Shown: positions 1 to 6,248 of the stretch, one piece after another
Numbering within the stretch: the stretch's first letter is position 1
Layout of the letters: each line of letters opens with the position of its first letter
DNA from: a virus
Taxonomy: Duplodnaviria > Heunggongvirae > Uroviricota > Caudoviricetes
Virus record (IMG/VR): IMGVR_UViG_2609460005_000002
Length of the DNA stretch: 7,368 nt
Strand: one strand, 5' to 3'
Program-made: the position numbers and the translations under genes
Notes under the pieces: model-generated
What the model saw: only the letters and a program-made list of their open reading frames with translations
Database searches by the model: none
What the model was told of the DNA's origin: nothing

Positions 1-507
1 CAGTCCACGGTCAAAAAAGCGGAAATCAAGGTGGAGCTGCTGCCGAAGTACGCCGCCTGGGCAGAGGGTGTCCTGGCTGCCGGAGGCGCTCAACAGGATG
101 ACGTGCTGATGTACGTGATGCTGTGGCGCATTGATGCCGGAGATTATGCCGGGGCGCTGGAGATCGGGCGTCATGCCCTGCGTCATGGCTGGGTGATGCC
201 GCTGGGTAACCGCAACGTGCAGACCGTGCTGGCAGAGGAAATGGCAGATGCAGCCCAGAGCGCAATGCTTGCCGCCACCGGCTTTGATGCCGATCTGTTG
301 CTGCAGACGCTGGAGCTGACAGACGGTATGGATATGCCGGACCAGTCACGGGCGCGTCTGCATAAAGCGATTGGCGCTGTCCTGAGTGAAAACAATCCGG
401 CGTCCGCCCTTAATCATCTCAACCATGCGTTACAGCTCGATCCCCGCTGTGGCGTGAAAAAAGACAAACAGCAGCTGGAGCGCAGACTGCGCAATGACAG
501 CCGCTGA
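1..507 (+). CDS. M: Terminase small (endonuclease) subunit, P2 gpM-like; 5' end lies outside the window
   Basis: Frame 1 is open from nt 1 through the listed ATG at 31 to TGA at 505-507, so the ORF continues upstream of the window. It sits immediately upstream of the gpL and gpX homologues, matching P2 late-operon order (M-L-X). Identity rests on synteny and recalled family resemblance, not a search. Confidence 0.7.
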   Translation, partial: QSTVKKAEIKVELLPKYAAWAEGVLAAGGAQQDDVLMYVMLWRIDAGDYAGALEIGRHALRHGWVMPLGNRNVQTVLAEEMADAAQSAMLAATGFDADLLLQTLELTDGMDMPDQSRARLHKAIGAVLSENNPASALNHLNHALQLDPRCGVKKDKQQLERRLRNDSR

Positions 508-602
508 CAGAACGTGCCCCCGCGCACGGGCGGCACGGGGTGGCGAAAGGCACTGCCACATCAAAACCCCGTCCACCGCCCTCTATTTCAGGAGAAAGCA
601 GC

Positions 603-1067
603 ATGAAGTTTGTTGCGCCAGAACAGGCACCGGAACAGGCGGAAATCATCAGGAATACGCCGTTCTGGCCTGATGTGGACCTGTCGGAGTTTCGCAGTGT
701 CATGCGCACTGACGGCACGGTGACGCAGCCGCGTTTAAAGCAGGTTGCGCTGTCGGCAATTTCGGAGGTCAACGCAGAGCTGTATGAGTTTCGCAGACGT
801 CAGCAGATGCTGGGGTATGCGTCGCTGGCTGAGGTTCCGGCGGAACAGCTGGACGGCAAAAGTGAGCGCGTTCAGCACTATTTCAACGCGGTTTACTGCT
901 GGGCACGCGCCATGCTCAACGAACGTTACCAGGACTATGACGCCACGGCATCCGGTGCGAAGCGGGGCGAGGAACTGGCGGAAGCAAGCGGTGATTTATG
1001 GCGTGACGCCCGCTGGGCCATCAGCCGGGTGCAGGATGCGCCGCACTGCACAGTGGAGCTTATCTGA
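603..1067 (+). CDS. L: Head completion/stabilisation protein, P2 gpL-like
   Basis: ATG at 603 is preceded by GGAG (591-594) at 8 nt spacing. The upstream GTG at 540 in the ORF track has no RBS and adds a Pro-rich extension. The translation (…NAELYEF…LWRDARWAISRVQ…) resembles P2 gpL, and the position between M and X is canonical. Confidence 0.85.
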   Translation: MKFVAPEQAPEQAEIIRNTPFWPDVDLSEFRSVMRTDGTVTQPRLKQVALSAISEVNAELYEFRRRQQMLGYASLAEVPAEQLDGKSERVQHYFNAVYCWARAMLNERYQDYDATASGAKRGEELAEASGDLWRDARWAISRVQDAPHCTVELI

Positions 1068-1270
1068 TGAAAGTGCGTGCGCATCAGTATGACACGGTGG
1101 ACGCACTTTGCTGGCGTCATTACGGGCGCACGCAGGGTGTCACGGAGCAGGTACTGAAGGCAAATCCGGGGCTTGCCGAATACGGCCCCTTTTTACCTCA
1201 CGGGCTGCAGGTGGAGCTGCCGGACATTCCGACCACCACCACCGTGCAGACCGTCCAGCTATGGGACTGA
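1067..1270 (+). CDS. X: Tail protein X, P2 gpX-like (67 aa)
   Basis: ATG overlaps the gpL stop (TGATG at 1065-1069), with GGAG about 8 nt upstream. The 67-aa product (…YGRTQGVTEQVLKANPGLAEYGPFLPHGLQVELPD…) matches the gpX family pattern and size. Confidence 0.85.
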   Translation: MKVRAHQYDTVDALCWRHYGRTQGVTEQVLKANPGLAEYGPFLPHGLQVELPDIPTTTTVQTVQLWD

Positions 1271-1273
1271 ATT

Positions 1274-1489
1274 ATGACGCTTGAGCGAATCAGCGCCTTT
1301 ATCACGTATTGCATCGCCGTCGTGCTGGCCTGGCTGGGCGATTTGTCCATCAAGGATGCCTCAACGCTGGGCGGCCTGATGATTGGTGTGCTGATGCTGG
1401 CTATCAACTGGTACTACAAACACAAAGCCTACCAGCTTCTGCGCGACGGGCAGATCTCGCGGGAGGACTATGAATCCATCAATCGTTAA
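1274..1489 (+). CDS. Holin, small class II-like with two predicted transmembrane helices
   Basis: 71-aa product with two hydrophobic segments (about residues 7-22 and 31-47) and a charged C-terminal tail (KHKAYQLLRDGQISREDYESINR). It lies directly upstream of, and overlaps, the endolysin gene. It is shorter than the P2 gpY prototype, so orthology to Y is not claimed. Confidence 0.7.
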   Translation: MTLERISAFITYCIAVVLAWLGDLSIKDASTLGGLMIGVLMLAINWYYKHKAYQLLRDGQISREDYESINR

Positions 1490-1982
1490 ACGCTGCCTTG
1501 TCGGGGCCGTGCTGGCTATTGCTGCCACGCTGCCGGGTTTTCAGCAGCTTCACACCTCCGTGGAGGGGCTGAAACTGATTGCCGATTACGAAGGCTGTCG
1601 TCTGCAGCCGTATCAGTGCAGCGCGGGTGTCTGGACCGACGGCATTGGTAATACATCTGGCGTCATTCCAGGCAAAACCATTACGGAACGACAGGCAGCG
1701 GAAGGGCTGATCTCCAACGTGCTGCGTGTGGAGCGGGCGCTGGAAAGATGTGTGAAGCAACAGCCGCCACAAAAGGTGTATGACTCGGTGGTGTCGTTTG
1801 CCTTCAACGTGGGGACAGGCAATGCCTGCAGCTCCACGCTGGTGAAATTGCTCAATCAGCGGCGCTGGGCGGATGCGTGCCGACAGTTGCCGCGCTGGGT
1901 TTATGTGAAAGGTGTGTTTAATCAGGGGCTGGATAACCGCCGTGCGCGGGAGATGGCCTGGTGTTTACAGGGAGCAAACTGA
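1470..1982 (+). CDS. SAR endolysin (T4-type lysozyme fold, GH24), P21 R / P1 Lyz family
   Basis: The N-terminus is weakly hydrophobic and Gly/Ala-rich (CLVGAVLAIAATLPGF), typical of a signal-anchor-release domain. The catalytic region reads E41-G-C43…C50…T56 (DYEGCRLQPYQCSAGVWTDGIGNT). The downstream motif SFAFNVGTGN…STLVKLLNQ…RWVY is recalled as conserved in P21 R-like lysozymes. GGGAGG lies 4 nt before the ATG. Confidence 0.9.
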   Translation: MNPSIVKRCLVGAVLAIAATLPGFQQLHTSVEGLKLIADYEGCRLQPYQCSAGVWTDGIGNTSGVIPGKTITERQAAEGLISNVLRVERALERCVKQQPPQKVYDSVVSFAFNVGTGNACSSTLVKLLNQRRWADACRQLPRWVYVKGVFNQGLDNRRAREMAWCLQGAN

Positions 1983-1983
1983 A

Positions 1984-2361
1984 ATGAAAAAGAAAGTAAT
2001 CAGCGGGCTGTTTCTGATGTTATGGATGGGGCTGTTAATCGAAGCAATGGTGTATCCGCAGGGGATTTTTCCGGTACTGGCAGCGTCCGGTGTCTGGGTA
2101 GCCTGTCTGCTGACATGGGCGGTAATTCCGGTAGCACTGGCTGCGTTAATTAAGAATGGCCCGCTCTGGCAGGAGTTGAGGGCATCTTTGCTGAAGACAA
2201 TTACCCGAAAAGAAAACGTATTTATCAGCTGGGTGATGCGATTGCTGATTGTCGTAAGTCTCGCCTGGACGGGGTGGGCTATTACCCTGGTCTTTTATCT
2301 ACTGACCGTTATTGCCTTCTGGATCACCCGTAATCAGATGGCGCAACAGGTAGCAGCATGA
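1984..2361 (+). CDS. lysA: LysA-like polytopic membrane protein (putative lysis timing / antiholin-like factor)
   Basis: ATG at 1984 is preceded by GGAG (1971-1974). The 125-aa product has 3-4 hydrophobic helices (LFLMLWMGLLIEAMVY; VLAASGVWVACLLTWAVIPVALAALI; LLIVVSLAWTGWAITLVFYLLTVIAFWI). It sits between the endolysin and lysB, as lysA does in P2. The ORF-track start at 1912 lies inside the endolysin gene and was not used. Confidence 0.65.
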   Translation: MKKKVISGLFLMLWMGLLIEAMVYPQGIFPVLAASGVWVACLLTWAVIPVALAALIKNGPLWQELRASLLKTITRKENVFISWVMRLLIVVSLAWTGWAITLVFYLLTVIAFWITRNQMAQQVAA

Positions 2362-2786
2362 ACCGGTTGCTGCTGGTTGTGCTGGCGTTATTACTGGCGG
2401 CGCTGGGCTGGCAGGCGTGGCGGCTGGCTGATGCCAGCCAGACCATTAGCACGCAGGCAGACGAGCTGAAGAGCAAAAGCCAGGCACTGGCAAAGAGCAA
2501 CAGCCAGCTTATCAGCCTGTCCATTCTGACTGAAACTAATAACCGGGAGCAGGCGCGGCTCTATGCCGAATCAGAACAGACCAGCGCGCTGCTGAGACAA
2601 CGACAACACCGGATCGAGGAACTGAAACGTGAGAACGAGGATTTACGCCGCTGGGCTGATATTCCTTTGCCTGCTGACATTATCCGGCTGCGGGAACGTC
2701 CGGCACTCACCGGAGGTGCAGCTTACCGTCAGTGGTTGTCCGCGAGTGACGCCGTGTCGGCTGGATCAGACAGCGCTGCGCACTAA
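2358..2786 (+). CDS. lysB: Inner-membrane spanin (i-spanin), LysB/Rz-like
   Basis: ATG overlaps the lysA stop (ATGA). The product has an N-terminal signal-anchor helix (LLLVVLALLLAALGWQAW) followed by a long charged, coiled-coil-like periplasmic region (…RQRQHRIEELKRENEDLRRW…). The o-spanin gene is embedded in its 3' end. Confidence 0.85.
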   Translation: MNRLLLVVLALLLAALGWQAWRLADASQTISTQADELKSKSQALAKSNSQLISLSILTETNNREQARLYAESEQTSALLRQRQHRIEELKRENEDLRRWADIPLPADIIRLRERPALTGGAAYRQWLSASDAVSAGSDSAAH

Positions 2787-2919
2787 CGGTGATCTGAACG
2801 CGTTGCTGGATGAAACGGAGGCCGCCTGGGCGGTCTGTGCAGACAAAGTGGACATGATTATTGCCTGTCAGGAGCGAAACAGTGAACAAACCACAATCCC
2901 TGCGCCACGCCCTCAATAA
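2629..2919 (+). CDS. lysC: Outer-membrane lipoprotein spanin (o-spanin), LysC/Rz1-like, embedded in the lysB 3' end and overlapping the R 5' end
   Basis: GTG start at 2629 with GAGGA (2616-2620) at 8 nt spacing. The signal peptide has basic n-region residues and the lipobox L-S-G-C, with Cys21 encoded at 2689-2691 and Gly at +2. The mature part is Pro- and Cys-containing. It lies in the +1 frame relative to lysB. Confidence 0.75.
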   Translation: MRTRIYAAGLIFLCLLTLSGCGNVRHSPEVQLTVSGCPRVTPCRLDQTALRTNGDLNALLDETEAAWAVCADKVDMIIACQERNSEQTTIPAPRPQ

Positions 2920-3313
2920 AGCGGTGCCTTATGTCCGCAATAACCCGGACAAACTGCATCTGTTTGTGGATAACGGTTCGCTGGTTGCCACGGGGGCCAG
3001 CTCCATGTCATGGGAGTACCGTTACACCCTGAACGTGGTGATAGAAGATTTCAGCGGCGACCAGAATCTGCTGATGGCCCCGGTTTTGCTGTGGCTGCGG
3101 GATAACCAGCCCGATGCCATCAATAATCCGGCGTTACGGGAAAAGTTATTCACCTTTGAGGTGGATATTCTGCGCAATGATGTCTGTGATATCAGCCTGA
3201 ACCTGCAACTGACGGAGCGTGTGCTGGTCAGTACTGACGGCAGTGTGTCGAGCGTTGAAGCTATAGCGGAACCTGATGAACCTGAAGAAATGTGGACGGT
3301 GAAACGTGGCTGA
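2882..3313 (+). CDS. R: Tail completion protein, P2 gpR-like
   Basis: GTG at 2882 is preceded by GGAG (2870-2873) at 8 nt. The ORF-track start at 2861 is TTG with no RBS, so the exact start is uncertain. The translation (…LRHALNKAVPYVRNNPDKLHLFVDNGS…PVLLWLRDNQPD…) matches the gpR family pattern. Confidence 0.8.
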   Translation: MNKPQSLRHALNKAVPYVRNNPDKLHLFVDNGSLVATGASSMSWEYRYTLNVVIEDFSGDQNLLMAPVLLWLRDNQPDAINNPALREKLFTFEVDILRNDVCDISLNLQLTERVLVSTDGSVSSVEAIAEPDEPEEMWTVKRG

Positions 3314-3752
3314 ATTGCAGAAGGTGGACGACTGGCTGAGTGCCTTGCTGGCGAATCTGGAGCCAGCCGCAAGAAGCCGTATGATGCGCCAGCTGGCGCA
3401 GGAATTGCGCCGGACACAGCAGCAGAATATCAGGATGCAGCGCAATCCAGATGGCAGCAGTTATGAACCGCGCAGGGTAACAGCACGCAGCAAGAAGGGG
3501 CGCATCAAACATCAGATGTTTGCAAAGCTGCGCACCACAAAATACCTGAAAACTGCCGCCAGCGCCGACTCTGCCAGCGTACAGTTTGAAGGCAAGGTGC
3601 AGCGTATTGCCCGTGTTCACCATTACGGCCTGCGTGATCGCGTCAGTCGCAAAGGACCGGAGGTCCGTTACGCAGAGCGCCGCCTGCTGGGTGTAAATGA
3701 TGATGTTGAGGCAATGACCCGCGACATGATTCTGCAATGGCTGGCGGGGTGA
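3306..3752 (+). CDS. S: Tail completion protein, P2 gpS-like
   Basis: GTG start at 3306 overlaps the R stop by 8 nt. The 148-aa product is basic; its position after R and before the V promoter matches P2 order. Confidence 0.8.
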   Translation: MAELQKVDDWLSALLANLEPAARSRMMRQLAQELRRTQQQNIRMQRNPDGSSYEPRRVTARSKKGRIKHQMFAKLRTTKYLKTAASADSASVQFEGKVQRIARVHHYGLRDRVSRKGPEVRYAERRLLGVNDDVEAMTRDMILQWLAG

Positions 3753-3755
3753 TCT

Positions 3756-3775
3756 TTGTATCAGCACTGATACAA
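3756..3775 (+). promoter_or_regulatory. Late-promoter activator site (Ogr/Delta-family zinc-finger activator) upstream of V: TGT-N12-ACA dyad
   Basis: A perfect inverted repeat TTGTATCA-GCAC-TGATACAA (3756-3775) contains TGT (3757-3759), 12 nt, then ACA (3772-3774). It lies in the 68-bp S-V gap, where P2 carries its PV late promoter. The dyad is centred about 55 bp upstream of the V ATG. Confidence 0.6.
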
Positions 3776-3820
3776 GTTGCAGCACTGCCGCCTTTCTTCC
3801 CCTGATGGCAACCTTTCCCT

Positions 3821-4399
3821 ATGAACGCACAATTAACCGAAATCATGCGCCTTATCACCAATCTGATCCGCACAGGTGTAGTCACCGAAGTGGACCGGGA
3901 AAACTGGCTTTGTCGGGTGAAAACGGGCGACCTTGAAACCAACTGGATTAACTGGCTGACGCTGCGCGCGGGTAATGCCCGCACATGGTGGAAACCATCG
4001 GAAGGTGAGCAGGTGGTGCTGCTGAGTCTGGGAGGCAATCTGGAAACCGCGTTTGCGCTGCCCGCCATCTATTCGAATCAGTTCGCGCCACCGTCGACGT
4101 CGGCGGACGCCTGCGTGACAGAACATCCTGACGGTGGCTGGTTTGAATATGAACCCGCCACCGGGCGCTGGTATGTCAGGGGCATCAAATCAATGGTCAT
4201 TGAGGCCGCTGATAACATCACCATGAAAACCAGTGAGTTTGTACTGGAGGCTGACCGCACGCGCATTAACAGCGAAGTGGTGATCAATGGTGGCGTTACC
4301 CAGGGCGGCGGAGCGATGAGTTCTAACGGGATTGTGGTTGATGCACATCAGCATACTGGCGTCCTGAAAGGCGGCGACACAACCGGAGGCCCGGTATGA
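3821..4399 (+). CDS. V: Baseplate spike / assembly protein, P2 gpV-like
   Basis: 192-aa product with an N-terminal …LIRTGVVTEVD…RVKTGDLETNWINWLTLRAGNARTWWKPSEGEQVVLLSLGG… pattern and a C-terminal HQHTG…GGDTTGGP motif, as in gpV spikes. No clear Shine-Dalgarno precedes the ATG. Confidence 0.85.
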   Translation: MNAQLTEIMRLITNLIRTGVVTEVDRENWLCRVKTGDLETNWINWLTLRAGNARTWWKPSEGEQVVLLSLGGNLETAFALPAIYSNQFAPPSTSADACVTEHPDGGWFEYEPATGRWYVRGIKSMVIEAADNITMKTSEFVLEADRTRINSEVVINGGVTQGGGAMSSNGIVVDAHQHTGVLKGGDTTGGPV

Positions 4400-4755
4400 C
4401 GCTTTATAGCGGGATGAACAATACCAGCGGTAAAGCCATTACTGATATTGACCATCTGCGCCAGTCGGTGCGGGACATTTTGCTGACGCCGCAGGGTAGC
4501 CGCATTGCCCGTCGGGAATATGGTTCCCTGCTGTCGGCACTGATAGACCAGCCACAAAATCCGGCATTACGCCTGCAGGTCATGTCGGCAGTGTATGTGG
4601 CGCTGAGTCGCTGGGAGCCAAGGCTGACGCTGGATTCCATCACCATCAACAGCAATTTTGACGGTTCAATGGTGGTGGAGCTGACCGGGCGGCGGAATAA
4701 CGGTGTGCCTGTTTCCCTTTCCGTATCAACAGGAGCAGAGAATGGCAGTGATTGA
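4396..4755 (+). CDS. W: Baseplate protein, P2 gpW-like (T4 gp25-like family)
   Basis: ATG overlaps the V stop (ATGA), with GGAGG (4385-4389) at 6 nt. The 119-aa product (…RREYGSLLSALIDQPQNPALRLQ…) matches the gpW/GPW_gp25 pattern. Confidence 0.85.
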   Translation: MTLYSGMNNTSGKAITDIDHLRQSVRDILLTPQGSRIARREYGSLLSALIDQPQNPALRLQVMSAVYVALSRWEPRLTLDSITINSNFDGSMVVELTGRRNNGVPVSLSVSTGAENGSD

Positions 4756-5650
4756 CCTTTCGCAGTTACCTGCGCCGCAGATTGTGGATGTGCCGGACTT
4801 TGAGACGCTGCTTTCCGAACGCAAGGCCGAATTTGTGGCGCTTCATCCGAAAGATGAGCAGGAAGCAGTGATGCGTACGCTGGAGCTTGAATCTGAACCC
4901 GTCACCAAATTGCTGCAGGAGAACGCTTACCGTGAGTTGCTTCTGCGCCAGCGCATTAACGAAGCCGCGCAGGCTGTGATGGTGGCTTACGCGATGGGCA
5001 GCGATCTTGACCAGCTCGCTGCCAACTACAACGTGAAACGCCTGACGGTGACACCTGCTGATGATGACGCTGTACCGCCTGTTGCGGCTGTGATGGAAAG
5101 TGATGAAGCGTTACGCCTGCGTGTGCCTGCAGCCTTTGAAGGACTTTCAGTTGCGGGGCCAACTGCAGCTTATGAATTTCATGCCCGAAGCGCCGACGGT
5201 CGGGTGGCGGATGCCAGTGCAACCAGCCCGGCACCTGCAGAGGTGGTGCTGACTGTTCTGAGCCGCGAAGGCGATGGAACTGCAGAAAAGGACCTGCTGG
5301 ACGTGGTGGAAAAAGCTCTGAACAGTGAGAACGTACGCCCGGTGGCTGACCGTCTTACGGTTCGCAGCGCAGAAATCATCCCGTATCGCGTGGAAGCCAC
5401 CATTTTTCTCTATCCGGGACCGGAAGCAGAGCCGGTAATGGCAGCGGCAAAAGCCAGCCTGCAGAAGTACATCGCCAGTCAGACGCGTCTTGGTCGGGAT
5501 ATTCGCCGTAGCGCCATCTTTGCCGCCCTGCATGTTGAGGGTGTGCAGCGTGTGGAGCTGGCTTCTCCTCTGGCGGATGTGGTCCTGAACAAAACACAGG
5601 CGGCATCATGTACGCAGTGGAGCGTAACCAACGGAGGAACGGATGAATAG
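4742..5650 (+). CDS. J: Baseplate wedge protein, P2 gpJ-like
   Basis: ATG at 4742 with AGGAG (4731-4735) at 6 nt. The 302-aa product begins MAVIDLSQLPAPQIVDVPDFETLL and contains FEGLSVAG and RLGRDIRRSAIFAALHVEGVQRVEL, as in gpJ. The ORF-track start at 4703 lies inside W and lacks an RBS. Confidence 0.9.
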   Translation: MAVIDLSQLPAPQIVDVPDFETLLSERKAEFVALHPKDEQEAVMRTLELESEPVTKLLQENAYRELLLRQRINEAAQAVMVAYAMGSDLDQLAANYNVKRLTVTPADDDAVPPVAAVMESDEALRLRVPAAFEGLSVAGPTAAYEFHARSADGRVADASATSPAPAEVVLTVLSREGDGTAEKDLLDVVEKALNSENVRPVADRLTVRSAEIIPYRVEATIFLYPGPEAEPVMAAAKASLQKYIASQTRLGRDIRRSAIFAALHVEGVQRVELASPLADVVLNKTQAASCTQWSVTNGGTDE

Positions 5651-6248
5651 TCTGCTGCCACCGGGTTCAACACCACTGGAGCGCCGACTGGCGCAAACCT
5701 GCAGCGGGATTTCTGATCTGCAGGTGCCGCTTCGTGACTTGTGGAATCCGGCGACCTGTCCGGTCAGCTTCCTGCCTTATCTCGCCTGGGCGTTCTCTGT
5801 GGATCGCTGGGATGAGGGCTGGACTGAAAGCGTCAAACGTCAGGTGGTGAAGGATGCTTTTTATATTCATCAGCATAAAGGAACCACCAGTGCAGTGCGG
5901 CGGGTAGTGGAACCGTTCGGCTTTCTGATCCGCATTATTGAGTGGTGGCATACCGGAGAAACACCGGGCACGTTTCGTCTGGATATCGGCGTGCAGGACC
6001 AGGGCATCACTGAAGATACCTATCTGGAACTTGAGCGACTGATAAGCGATGCCAAACCATGTAGCCGTCACATGATCGGCATGTCCATCAACCTGCAGAC
6101 CAGCGGCCCGCATTGGGTGGGAGCCGCCAGCTATCTTGGCGAAGAAATCACGATCTATCCGTATATCAACGAAACAATTATTTCCGGCGGCACCGCGCAT
6201 GAAGGCGGGGCGGTCCATGTTATTGACACAATGAGAGTGAATCCATGA
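5643..6248 (+). CDS. I: Baseplate protein, P2 gpI-like
   Basis: ATG overlaps the J stop, with GGAGG (5633-5637) at 5 nt. The 201-aa product has LWNP..CP…LPYLAWAFSVDRWDE and GTFRLDIGV…AKP.SRH motifs typical of gpI. Confidence 0.85.
   Translation: MNSLLPPGSTPLERRLAQTCSGISDLQVPLRDLWNPATCPVSFLPYLAWAFSVDRWDEGWTESVKRQVVKDAFYIHQHKGTTSAVRRVVEPFGFLIRIIEWWHTGETPGTFRLDIGVQDQGITEDTYLELERLISDAKPCSRHMIGMSINLQTSGPHWVGAASYLGEEITIYPYINETIISGGTAHEGGAVHVIDTMRVNP

Noticed and set aside
540-602. Upstream GTG start (540) for gpL, giving a 175-aa product
   Set aside because: The extension is Pro-rich and not protein-like, and no RBS precedes 540. ATG 603 has a well-spaced GGAG and gives a product matching gpL family size.
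26-772. Minus-strand ORFs 26-349, 183-395 and 419-772 (70-117 aa)
   Set aside because: They are antisense to the gpM and gpL coding sequences and their products are Arg/Ala/Pro/Ser-rich and low-complexity, as expected from the reverse strand of GC-rich coding DNA. They have no RBS or family resemblance.
745-1092. Plus-strand alternative-frame ORF (115 aa) inside gpL
   Set aside because: It lies entirely within the well-supported gpL frame and its product is Arg/Cys/Trp-rich, typical of an off-frame artefact.
1912-1983. ORF-track start at 1912 for the lysA-like gene
   Set aside because: It would overlap the last 24 codons of the endolysin in another frame and has no RBS. ATG 1984 follows the endolysin stop and has GGAG at 9 nt spacing.
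2861-2881. TTG start at 2861 for gpR
   Set aside because: TTG with no upstream Shine-Dalgarno. GTG 2882 has GGAG at 8 nt and gives an N-terminus matching the gpR family. The exact start remains uncertain.
3756-3775. The perfect 8-bp-stem hairpin TTGTATCA-GCAC-TGATACAA as a rho-independent terminator at the end of the S operon
   Set aside because: No T-rich tract follows the stem, and the stem is AT-rich. The sequence fits the TGT-N12-ACA late-promoter activator site at the expected position upstream of V.
3022-4126. Minus-strand ORFs 3022-3417, 3146-3445, 3261-3785, 3643-4068 and 3833-4126
   Set aside because: All are antisense to R, S and V. ORF 3261-3785 would run through the S-V promoter region. 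The translations are low-complexity and a consequence of GC-rich sense-strand coding.
4703-4741. ORF-track start at 4703 for gpJ (MCLFPFPYQQEQR…)
   Set aside because: It lies inside gpW and has no RBS. ATG 4742 has AGGAG at 6 nt and gives the N-terminus MAVIDLSQLPAP typical of gpJ.
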